Source of the DNA: Ascoidea asiatica JCM 7603
Taxonomy: Eukaryota; Fungi; Ascomycota
Direction of reading: 5' to 3'
Length of the DNA: 64,000 nucleotides
Assembly: GCA_001600695.1 (NCBI GenBank)
Contig: BCKQ01000004.1
Location: 1,188,391-1,252,390, forward strand
The notes beneath the pieces were generated by a model that saw only the letters and a list, made by a program, of their open reading frames with translations, did no database searches and was not told the DNA's origin. The translations under genes were made by a program, and so were the position numbers. Below are positions 24,655-35,487 of the stretch, piece by piece (position 1 is the stretch's first letter; each line of letters opens with the position of its first letter).

Positions 24655-25719
24655 ATGGATTCCAGTCAAAATAATCATAATAACTTTCATCATAATAATA
24701 CAAATCATCATCTTAATTTTAGTAATAATCATAATAATGATGATGAAAATTTATATCCTGTGAGCTCTGTTGATAGTGAAGCTCCAAATGAATATGATAA
24801 AAATAATGAATATAGTGTGAAAACTTTAACTTCATCTTCAGTTCCAAATCATAATAAAAATAATCATGGAAATAATGGAAATAATGAAAACAATGAAAAT
24901 CATTATAATTCCCAGATAGGTCATCAAATCTCTTTAACGAATTCTGTAATAAGTAAAATTCAAACTTCTGGCTCAAATGATGAATTTATTCATATTGGTA
25001 ATTCTAAATTTTATAAAAATGAATTAATTGAAGCATTTGGTGGTACTTTAAATCCAGGTTATTCATTACCTTCAACTCATAGATTTGGTAATCCTGCTCC
25101 TTTAGGTTTATCTGCTTTTGCAATGACAACTTTTTTATTATCTTTAATAAATTCAGGTGCAATGGGTGTAAATAATCCAAAAATTGTTATTGGTTTAGCA
25201 TTTTTTTATGGTGGTTTAATTCAATTATGTGCAGGAATGTGGGAAATTGCTGTTGAAAATACTTTTGGTGGTACTGCTTTATCTTCTTATGGTGGTTTTT
25301 GGTTAAGTTATGCTGCAATTCAAACTGATTCTTTTGGTATAGTTTCTTCTTATGATGATGATCCACAAATGTTAAGTAATGCAATTGCTTTTTATTTATT
25401 AGGTTGGTCTATTTTTACTTTTGGTTTAACTTTATGTACAATGAAATCAACTTTAATGTTTTTTTTGTTATTTTTTTCACTTGCAATTACTTTTCTTTTA
25501 TTATCAATTGGTGAATTTTTAAGTAATAATCATGTAACAAAAGCTGGTGGTATAATTGGTATTATCACTGCTTTCTTAGGTTGGTATAATGCTTTTGCAG
25601 GTTTATCAAATCATGAAAATAGTTATATTACTTTCAAAGGTATTCATTTACCAAATTCAGTTCATAAAAAAACTCAAAAATTAAAAAAAGATAACTCCCT
25701 GAAAAGAAAAAGAGTCTAA
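24655..25719 (+). CDS. ADY2: GPR1/FUN34/YaaH family acetate/ammonia transporter (Ato/Ady2)
   Basis: AFGGTLNPG, NPAPLGLSAFAMTTF, SYGGFW motifs and 6 TM segments; which ATO paralogue is uncertain. Confidence 0.88.
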   Translation: MDSSQNNHNNFHHNNTNHHLNFSNNHNNDDENLYPVSSVDSEAPNEYDKNNEYSVKTLTSSSVPNHNKNNHGNNGNNENNENHYNSQIGHQISLTNSVISKIQTSGSNDEFIHIGNSKFYKNELIEAFGGTLNPGYSLPSTHRFGNPAPLGLSAFAMTTFLLSLINSGAMGVNNPKIVIGLAFFYGGLIQLCAGMWEIAVENTFGGTALSSYGGFWLSYAAIQTDSFGIVSSYDDDPQMLSNAIAFYLLGWSIFTFGLTLCTMKSTLMFFLLFFSLAITFLLLSIGEFLSNNHVTKAGGIIGIITAFLGWYNAFAGLSNHENSYITFKGIHLPNSVHKKTQKLKKDNSLKRKRV

Positions 25720-26052
25720 TTGAAATTGTTTTAAAACGCTATAAATATGTTTTATTATGTCAAAATATTCCAAACTATTCCAAACTATCTCTTCACCTAC
25801 TGATCTCATGTTTCTTTATTTTCTAATGTCATTATGCTTCAATACAAAAATTTTTCAATCATTCTATGAATTAATCTTACTCACATGCTCACTCTATATA
25901 CTCATTCTATACTTTATTCTATATTCTATTCTAAATCAGTTCTAAATACGTTCTAAATACGTTCTAAATTCTAAAATTAGATTAAGGTTTAGGTAGATGA
26001 AAGACCCACATAACTGGCTTCTTTTTTCGAGTTCGGTCCGAAATATTCCGTT

Positions 26053-26058
26053 ACGCGT
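26053..26058. promoter_or_regulatory. MCB element ACGCGT upstream of MCD4
   Basis: Exact MluI cell-cycle box in the GC-enriched patch ~530 bp upstream of the ATG. Confidence 0.35.
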
Positions 26059-26588
26059 CTTTTTTCAAATATTTTTTTATTTTTTTATTTTTTTATTTTT
26101 TTTTTTTTTTATTTTTTTATTTTCCCGTGTTTTTCTTTTGTTAAACGTGTTCTCTGCAATAAATGCAAAATCTTTTCCAATTCGCCAAATTTTCAGATCT
26201 CTTACGTAAACGGTTTAAGATGACAATAATCAAATGAGGTTATTCAAACCAAAAAAAAGGTTAATAACATCACTTTTAAATATATTTAATATTATTTTGA
26301 TACTCTGAATATTGATACAAGTTGATATAAGTTGATATAAGTTGATATTAATAAATATTAATAAATATTATGAGAGTTGATATGCTCTGGTTACAACAAA
26401 CTAACGAATTAAGAAATAAAATTATACTGGAGATTAAATTTTAGTTAGTTTAAAAAAATTTATTCAAAAAATTCATTTTAGAACTTTCAATAGAACTTAC
26501 ACTCATTTAATATTTAATTGGTTTATATAATTCAATTTCAATGATAATATAACCATATCTATACATACATACATATATTTATAAAAAA

Positions 26589-29555
26589 ATGAAATTAAAT
26601 AGACTATCTCTTATAATATTTGGAGTTTTATTTCATCTTATTTATCTATGGACAATATTTGATATATATTTTGTTAGTCCATTAGTTCATGGAATGAAAA
26701 CTTTTAAAAGTACTTCAAATCCACCTGCAAAAAGATTATTTTTAATTGTTTCTGATGGTTTAAGAGCTGATACTTTATTACAAAAAATAAATTATAATGA
26801 AACTTATGATTATTTAGCTCCATATTTAAGATCAATAATTCTAAATAATGGTACTTATGGAATTTCTCATACAAGAATGCCTACTGAATCAAGACCAGGT
26901 CATGTTGCAATGATTGCTGGGTTTTATGAAGATGTTAGTGCTGTTACAAAAGGTTGGAAAGAAAATCCAGTAAATTTTGATTCGGTTTTTAATCAATCTT
27001 ATCATACTTATTCTTTTGGTTCTCCAGATATTTTACCAATGTTTAAATCTGGTTCTTCTGATGAAAATCGTATTGATACAATAATGTATGGTCATGAATT
27101 TGAGGATTTTACAAAATCTTCAATTGAACTTGATACTTTTGTTTTCAATAACTTAAATTCTTTATTTTTGAATTCAACAAAAAATTTAACTTTAAATAAT
27201 CAATTAAGAAAAGATAAAAATGTCTTTTTTTTACATCTTTTAGGTTGTGATACTGCAGGTCATAGTTATAGGCCATATTCAGATGAGTATTATAATAATT
27301 TAAAATATATTGATAATGAATTAAAAAATTTAATTCCAAAAATTAATGAATTCTTTGGTGACGATGATACAGCTTTTATTTTCAATTCTGATCATGGTAT
27401 GTCCGCTTTAGGTTCTCATGGTGATGGACATCCAAATAATACTAGAACTCCATTTATTGCTTTTGGTAAAGGTATTAATAAACCAATAAAATATTCTAAT
27501 ATAAATCCTCAGAATTTTGAAGGTGATGATAATGAATTTAATACAAATAATTGGAATTTAAATCACATTAAAAGAAATGATTTAAAACAAGCTGATATTG
27601 CAACTTTAATGGCTTATCTTATTGGCATAAATTATCCTTCAAATTCTGTTGGTAGATTACCTTTAGATTATATTAATGAATCTTCAATTAATAAATTAAA
27701 TGCTTTTCGCCAAAATGCTTTATCAATATTTGAACAATTTATTGTTAAAGAATCTCATGTCAAAGAAAATCAATTTTTTTATAAACCTTTTGAAAAATTT
27801 GAAAATATAACTTCAAAATTAAATGATTTTAATGAAAATATTAGTAATTATCTAATTGAATTAAATAATGTTCCCGGTGGTGAATATAATAATATAGATT
27901 ATGGAAAAATTGAGAATAAAATAACTAATTTAATCAATCAATTCATTGATGATTCTTTAGAAGGCTTGAATTATTTACAACAATATAATTGGTTACTATT
28001 AAAATCAATTGTAACCTGTGGATTTATTGGTTGGATAATTTATTCTTTTATGATTTTTTTGAATACATTTGTATTAAATAATGATAATCTTAATCATATT
28101 AAATCTTCCTCCATAAATCTAGTCTTTTTCTCAGGTTTGTTTTCAACAATTTCTTCAACATTCATTATACAAAAATTCCCGATAAATTATTATTTTTATT
28201 TAGCATTTCCATGCTTTTTCTGGCAACAGATATTCAGTAAAAGACAAATATTACTCAAAGGAATTCCAATTTTTTTTAGAAATATGAATGGTTTAAAAAG
28301 ATCATTGTATTTTCTATCAATATTTGCAATTTTTGAAGCTTGTGCATATGGATTTTTTAATAGAAAAATATTCTCAATTTTATTTTGGATTTTATCAATT
28401 TATCCAAGTTTAGTTCATCAAAATCATAATATTAAAAATAATATTTCTTGGATTTTTACTTGTTTATTAATGTCAACTTTCACTTGGTCAAATGATATAA
28501 AAGTTGAAAATTTATTAGAAATTAATTTAGGTGGATTATTTATGTTAATTATATCAATAATTGGATTTATTAAATTATTGAATTTAGAAAAACAAAATCA
28601 AATAATTATTGATACTTATACAAAATCTTTAATTACAATTCAAATAATTTTTATTTTTGCATCTTTAATTTTTACTAATATTTCTGCAAATTCATTACAA
28701 CTAAGAAATGGTCTTCCACTTTATTCACAAATCGGTGGTTGGATTTGTTTGATATTTTCGTTAATTTTAATGCCAATTTTACATCATGCAAGTCCTAATA
28801 CTAATTTATATTTAAGATTATTAATTTTTTTTTTAACATTTTCACCAACATTTCTCATATTAACAATATCATTTGAATCGTTATTTTATTGTGGATTTTC
28901 ATTAATAATTTTACAATGGATTAAATTTGAATCAGATTTTAAACAGAAGAGTAATAATAATAACAAAAATAAAAATAATAGTAATAATAATTCAATGGAT
29001 TGGTTACAAATTTTAAGAATTTCAGTTATTGGATTTTTCCTTTGTCAAATTGCATTTTTCGGTACAGGTAATATAGCATCAATATCATCATTTTCATTAG
29101 AATCTGTTTATAGATTAATTCCAATTTTTGATCCATTTTCAATGGGAGCTTTATTAGTTTTAAAATTAGTAATTCCATATATATTATTATCAACAGGTCT
29201 TGGAATATTAAATATATCATTAAAAGTTAATGTTTTTACAATTTCTTCATTAATTATTTCTATAAGTGATTTATTATCATTAAATTTTTTCTTTTTAGTT
29301 AAAACAGAAGGTAGTTGGTTAGATATTGGAATGACAATTTCTAATTATTGTATTGCAATTTTATCTAGTTTATTTATGATTTTATTGGAAAGTATTAGTC
29401 AAATTTTATTAAAAGGAGTTAAATTTGATCCAATTGATGAATTACAAAAAGAATTAAAAGAATTAAAAATTGATGAAGATTCTTTTGTTCTGTCAATTGA
29501 TTTAAATGATGAAAGACCAATAAGTGCCAGATTGCGTATAAAACGTAAAACATAA
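26589..29555 (+). CDS. MCD4: GPI ethanolamine phosphate transferase 1 (PIG-N)
   Basis: PPAKRLFLIVSDGLRAD, PTESRPGHVAMIAGFYED, LHLLGCDTAGH, AFFGTGNIASISSF, VKTEGSWLDIG. Confidence 0.97.
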   Translation: MKLNRLSLIIFGVLFHLIYLWTIFDIYFVSPLVHGMKTFKSTSNPPAKRLFLIVSDGLRADTLLQKINYNETYDYLAPYLRSIILNNGTYGISHTRMPTESRPGHVAMIAGFYEDVSAVTKGWKENPVNFDSVFNQSYHTYSFGSPDILPMFKSGSSDENRIDTIMYGHEFEDFTKSSIELDTFVFNNLNSLFLNSTKNLTLNNQLRKDKNVFFLHLLGCDTAGHSYRPYSDEYYNNLKYIDNELKNLIPKINEFFGDDDTAFIFNSDHGMSALGSHGDGHPNNTRTPFIAFGKGINKPIKYSNINPQNFEGDDNEFNTNNWNLNHIKRNDLKQADIATLMAYLIGINYPSNSVGRLPLDYINESSINKLNAFRQNALSIFEQFIVKESHVKENQFFYKPFEKFENITSKLNDFNENISNYLIELNNVPGGEYNNIDYGKIENKITNLINQFIDDSLEGLNYLQQYNWLLLKSIVTCGFIGWIIYSFMIFLNTFVLNNDNLNHIKSSSINLVFFSGLFSTISSTFIIQKFPINYYFYLAFPCFFWQQIFSKRQILLKGIPIFFRNMNGLKRSLYFLSIFAIFEACAYGFFNRKIFSILFWILSIYPSLVHQNHNIKNNISWIFTCLLMSTFTWSNDIKVENLLEINLGGLFMLIISIIGFIKLLNLEKQNQIIIDTYTKSLITIQIIFIFASLIFTNISANSLQLRNGLPLYSQIGGWICLIFSLILMPILHHASPNTNLYLRLLIFFLTFSPTFLILTISFESLFYCGFSLIILQWIKFESDFKQKSNNNNKNKNNSNNNSMDWLQILRISVIGFFLCQIAFFGTGNIASISSFSLESVYRLIPIFDPFSMGALLVLKLVIPYILLSTGLGILNISLKVNVFTISSLIISISDLLSLNFFFLVKTEGSWLDIGMTISNYCIAILSSLFMILLESISQILLKGVKFDPIDELQKELKELKIDEDSFVLSIDLNDERPISARLRIKRKT

Positions 29556-32500
29556 AATATAAGCTCATTTTTTGTAAAAGAATTATTGAATCCTTGTAAA
29601 TTATTTCAATAAAGTATTATATAATTGAAAAATAAATAAAGTAACATTAAGTATTGTATAATAAAGAGTCAAAATTAAAGGAAAATATATATAAAAAAGA
29701 GATATATTAACTGTAAAAGAGTTGAGAAGAGAAAACCTAAAAAAAAGTTGAAAAAAAGTTGAAAAAAAGATGAAAAAAAATGAAAAAAAATTGAAATTTT
29801 AATTTCAATCGATTATAATTGTGAGAGTTGTAAAGTGAACCCATAAATTGTGGGTTAGAATTAAGAGACTTTGAGTTCTCTTAAAGAAGTTAAAAAATCT
29901 TAATGAAAAACACAATTTAAACTTAATTAGTACTGTATTTTTAGTGTTTTTTCTATAAATTATTAAATTTTGTGGCTAAATTGTATATCAATAGCTTCTT
30001 AAAAGAAAATCGGGTTTGTCAAAGATATGAGAAGATGAGAAGATAAGAAAGGATAAAGGAGGTTATGTAAATGTATATTGAAATTTGTCTTGAATAAGTT
30101 TGTTTTAAAATCTTTTTTTTTTTACTAGATAATGAGTAAGTAAATGATTGGATAAATTGAGTTTTCATAATTTGGACCATGGTTAATTTTATGAAATTAC
30201 ATACATTAGTAAAAGTTTAGATTTATTTATAAGTTGATTGAAATTTGTTTAAAAAAAAAGAAGAATGTGTGTGTGTAATAGGATTAGGGATTACGTTAAA
30301 ATATCATGCAAGGCAAGTTGAAATTGAAATTGAAATATTAAGTATATATAAACTTGAGAAGATTTGAATTGAATTGAATAAAGAAAAGAAAAATAAAACG
30401 TTAATTTAGTTTAATATTTTCGAAGTAAGTTTACATAAATTAAGTAATGAGAATACAATAAATGATATTTAGTTGTTGTAAAATTGTTTTAAAAATGTGG
30501 TGATGTTTATGTTCTGCAGTATAAAGAGTTTCAATTAACTTACCTGAAGGTGGTTCTGGAAATAGATATATTATATTATAGATTTACAACAAAAAGAGAA
30601 AATTAGTTCCTAAAATAGTTTATTAGTTTATAAAATTATTGATGTAAACCTGTTAATTCCTAAAGGAGATTTTGAAATTGTGGGAGATTTTGAAGTTTTG
30701 GAAAATTTTAAAAATTTCGAAAATTTCTGAAATTTTTAGAATTTTGATAAAATTGAGATTTTTATTTACGAGATTTTGGTCGGTGTATGAAAATATAAGA
30801 AAGGAAAAGTAAAGAAAATAAATATATAATATTATAATATTATAATATTATAAAAATATTGGAATAGATATTGAGTGTGAAATGTGAACTGCGGAGATAA
30901 TACGATCTAAGATAATGAGTAGTAATTTATTTAAAGTAAAAACAAATTAGAAAAACTTATCGTCTCAATATGAATTTAGGTATATAAATGAGATTAAGTA
31001 TAGCTTTTGATAAATGTAGTTTACGAAAACGAATTGTGGGAAAAAAAAATAAATAAAACAAGTTTGTGATAAATTTTTCACTAATACTGTTAGACAACGT
31101 TATAACCAAGGTTACATACAACCAAGGTTACTTTACCAAAGTTACTTAACCGAAATTAGACTATATAATTTTACCATAAATATTTAAATCACAATTAATA
31201 AAAAGATAATTAATAGCTAATATTGTAGAAAATAACGTATCCACGAAATTTGTCATGATGTTTCTTCATTGATACATGATTTGTCCTTGAAGAAAAAGCG
31301 AAGAAAAAACAATGAAATTAGAAAATGAATTAAACAATTCAATATAGTAATGAGTGGTAATGTAAAACAATATAATAATTATAATAATTAATATTATAAA
31401 GTAATTGAAAAGGCGATGTGTTAAGTATGTATGTATGTATTAGGCAAAATATCTTCTTAATAAAGATAATTTCTATCCCAATATCTTAATAACAGGAGAA
31501 AAAAGAAGATATTTTCAAATTTTACAATATTTGCAATATGCTCACTATGTTCAATACCACTATTATTTGTTCCAATTCCTACAATAATATTATTATTGCA
31601 ACAGACCTCTCAGAGTGAAGTGATGGTTGAGTAATGTGAGCTGTACAGAGCTTGCAATGAACCACCCTCTTTGATTTCTTGAGGATAACTCCAGCAGGAA
31701 TCAATTCTCCAAGTGACTTCTACGAGAATTGTTTGCTTGCGATTTGCAGTGGTTGCCTTGTTACTTCTTCAGTTCTTTCCTGTTGTTGACTTTCTTCTTC
31801 ACTTCCTGCTGTTTCCTGTTTATTTCTTGTTTTTTCTTCACGTCCACAAAACCCATGGAAATAACTGAAATAAAAAAAGTGGTTCTGGGGCGACTGCGAC
31901 ACATGCAAGGCTTATTGTGTTACAAGTAGCCAATAAAAAGCCTATATTTTAGAGTGTGTAGAGAACTGCGGCGCAGTAGAGGTGGACGGTGTCCCGTAGT
32001 GAGGTGTATTGAGAACGACTGCCTAAAACGGCAGCGACAGGATCACATCCTGCAAACAAATATAACAATAATTTCAATGATAATAACAGTAATTATCAAT
32101 TATATCAACAATTATCTTCTTATTTTCCCATATCATTTCCTGTAAAGTAATCACAATCATCCTTGGATAATTTAGACTGAGACTGATACTAAGACTAAGA
32201 CCAAAACTAAGACTAAGACTGACTTGATAGTTGCCAGATACCTTTTATAAAACTTTTTAACTTCTTTCAATCTTTCGAGTGAATAAGTTATTCATTCAAT
32301 TCATTATACAAATAATTAAATAAATAAATAAATAACCATAATCTCAATAATAACAATCAACTTTGCTAATAATTACCAATTAATTTTGCTTTCCATTTTA
32401 AAAAGTTTCTTTAAATATTCTCAAATAATTATTATTTTATAATTTTCATAATTCTATTACTCAATTTTAAAAATATAAACTGAAATTACTGTCATTTAAT

Positions 32501-33214
32501 TCACATACTTCAAACAATTAAATTTTATCTTCACACTTCCTTCCCTCTTCCTAAGAAATCAAATTTCATTAATCACTTTTTTTTTTAGTTATCAGTACAA
32601 TATACAAATAACAATAATTTCAAATTAATTTATCACTAAGGAAACACTTTTTTTAACCACTTTATAAATTTTAGTATCCTTTAAATTAAGACAAAATTAT
32701 ATTAATTATTAATTATTAACTACTAATTACTGTATTAAATATTACTTACTCATTTCAAGTATTTTATAATTCATTCATTTTATCACAAAAATAACCAAAT
32801 TATTATTCTATACCATTATCATATACTCAAATTTTAAAAAAGTTTCAATATCTGTATGAAAAACATGCAAATTATATTCTTTACTATTCCTATTACAATC
32901 TCATAAAAATTAACTAAGTTGCTTATTTCATTTTCTTACTTACTTGTTTGTTTGTTTGTATTCCATTATATTTCTTCTCTTTATCTAAGGGGGTTAATAC
33001 AATATAACTTAATAGAATATAAAGCTTTTCCTATAATATAAATTGTTAAGAATATCATCTCATTTAAAGATTTCATTTCAATTAAACTTTTTCTCTTTCT
33101 TCTTCTTCTTTTTATTCTCTTCTTCTATAATCAAAATCAAGAATAATTACTATAATAATATACCTTTTAAGTAATAAACCTTTATAATATATTAAATATT
33201 TTCTTAAAAACAAA

Positions 33215-34516
33215 ATGATTAATAATAAAATAAAAAAAAGTAGAGGAAAATCATCAAGAATCAAAAAAACAGTATTATGTGATCATTGTCCACAAAAATT
33301 TCAATCAGTTAATGATTTAAGAAAGCATTTTAATTTAAATTCAATTTATAGAAAAAATTTATGTGATGATAAAAATTGTGAAAGAAATATTTTAGGATTT
33401 ACTGAAGTTTCAAGTTTAAATCGTCATATGAAAACAATTCATAATTTAATTAGAAAATATAAATGTGAAATTTGTGAAAGTAAATTCACAAGACAAGATT
33501 GTTTAGATCGTCATAATAAAACAAATCATGATAATCCATATTCAAATTTTAATAGAAGAAAAATGAAATTATTAGGTAAAGAACCACCACCAAGAAAGAA
33601 ATTTGATATTAATGGTCATATGAAAGTTATTCAATATACACCATTTGAAAAATTTGATAAAAGACCTTTATCTTTAGATTCTATTAATGAAAGTAATGAT
33701 AATAGTAATAATAGTAATAATAATTCTTTGAAAAGATATAATAATTCAAATGAATTATTTTCTTTTAAAAATATAACCATGAATGAGAATAATAATCAGT
33801 TTAATAATAACTTTTGTACTACTACTACTACTACTACTATTAATAATAATAGTAATAATAATAACATTAATGATCATAATATATTCAACAACAATAATAT
33901 TAATAACTTCAATAATCCTAATAATAGTTTTCCAAATATGATATCCAATTATAAATATAGTCAAGAATCTAGTATAAGACAAAATTATAGCACTACTAAT
34001 AATAATGACGAAACAAATAGTAATGGATCAGAGAGTTCTAAATTAACATCACCACCAAGTATATTTAGTAATAATGGATTAATTATTAGAAATAATGAAG
34101 GATATAATGAAGAATATACTTATAATAAAACTAATATTATTACTCCAAATTCTGTTGATGATATTTTAAATGATAGTATAGTTAATAATATTAATATGAC
34201 TTTGAATAGAAACTTAAATAATAGAAGTTCAATTGGAAGTGGTAGTGATATTACTGATACTAGTGCAATAATTGACAATGATAATAATAAGGATTATAAA
34301 GATAATAATAATAATAAGGACAATAAGGATAATAGGAATGATAATAAACCAGTAAAAAAAACATTACATCTTAATAAGAAAATTAATAAACCAAAAATAG
34401 ATAACAATAGTAACAATAACAATAATATTAACAACAATGAACATTCTCAACTTCAATTAAGGAATAAAGAACTTGAGAAAAAAGAACCATTTAAACTATC
34501 ATATATTCTTAATTAA
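33215..34516 (+). CDS. RME1: C2H2 zinc-finger transcription factor, Rme1-like
   Basis: Atypical first finger, then CDDKNC..ILGF...LNRHMKTIH and CEICESKFTRQDCLDRHNKTNH followed by NPYSNFNRR, the Rme1-family arrangement; Asn-rich tail; 3.6-kb upstream region. Confidence 0.65.
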   Translation: MINNKIKKSRGKSSRIKKTVLCDHCPQKFQSVNDLRKHFNLNSIYRKNLCDDKNCERNILGFTEVSSLNRHMKTIHNLIRKYKCEICESKFTRQDCLDRHNKTNHDNPYSNFNRRKMKLLGKEPPPRKKFDINGHMKVIQYTPFEKFDKRPLSLDSINESNDNSNNSNNNSLKRYNNSNELFSFKNITMNENNNQFNNNFCTTTTTTTINNNSNNNNINDHNIFNNNNINNFNNPNNSFPNMISNYKYSQESSIRQNYSTTNNNDETNSNGSESSKLTSPPSIFSNNGLIIRNNEGYNEEYTYNKTNIITPNSVDDILNDSIVNNINMTLNRNLNNRSSIGSGSDITDTSAIIDNDNNKDYKDNNNNKDNKDNRNDNKPVKKTLHLNKKINKPKIDNNSNNNNNINNNEHSQLQLRNKELEKKEPFKLSYILN

Positions 34517-35140
34517 AATTCATTTGAAATTTTATGTCTTTTTTGCCCTTTTTTTCACTTTTCATCATCTTTTCTCTTTCAATTATTCATGGGATTTTAT
34601 TTCTAGGTGATTATTAAAACCTTTTGTATGCTATTGTTTTTTCTTTTTTTTTTTTCCAATATTTACTTATATTGTAGATGTTTTTTCTATTTATTAATAA
34701 TAATTTTTCCAGAGTTTCTTTCTTAAATTCCTTTCGGTATAATTTGAAAAATAATGTGAAAAAGACTAACTTTTCTTCATTGAAGAAAGTATTTATACCA
34801 TATTTTTTAAATTATTCTATTCTATATTATATATATCAATTATTTCTTTATTTATTTAGTTATTTCTTTATTTATTTTATATTTATTTAATCAATTTATT
34901 TATTTATTTACTGATTTATTCACTTATTTCAATATTTTGTAGTGAATGTTTTCATTTCCTTCTTAAAATAAGAGGAACCGTGAAAGTGGTCTCTGCAACG
35001 GGATTTTTCTTTCCCAGCGGTAAAAGCTTTGAAGTAAACAAGAGATTCTGCAATAAATTGTCATAGAAGCAGAGGAAACAAACAAAAGAGAAGCAGAAGC
35101 ACCAGAAGCACCAGAAGCACCAGAAAAGAATAGCAGCAAC

Positions 35141-35153
35141 AGTGACACAAAAG
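35141..35153 (+). promoter_or_regulatory. Middle sporulation element (Ndt80/Sum1 site) upstream of GAS4
   Basis: AGTGACACAAAAG fits both GNCRCAAAW and the Sum1-type AGYGWCACAAAAK; GAS4 is sporulation-specific in S. cerevisiae. Confidence 0.65.
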
Positions 35154-35487
35154 AAGCAGTGGAAGCAACAACAGAAACAGAAGCAGCAACGCAACAGACT
35201 CCAATAACGGCAGCTTACGATGTCTTCCTTGGTTTTAGACGCTGAGTTCAATTCTTATTTCTTTGGGATTTAATAAAGGTTATAATGTGTAGAACTTCTT
35301 GAGAAGTGTCAATTCAATTCAATTCAATACTTTTAAGGAAAAGAGTATCAAATATTATAAAGTATAAAGAATCAAAGGATAGCTTCATTTCTTATCTTTT
35401 ATTATTTCAAAGGAATTTTAAGCGCTGATATTTAAAAATTATTTTAAATTACTTTGACTACTTTAATTTTCAAAAAACGTTATAAAA

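Noticed and set aside
29556-33214. Long AT-rich gap as a centromere, or an a1-alpha2 operator near 31256
   Set aside because: No diagnostic centromere motif; TGATGT...ACATGA has a 12-bp spacer rather than 8; a long RME1 upstream region is a sufficient explanation.
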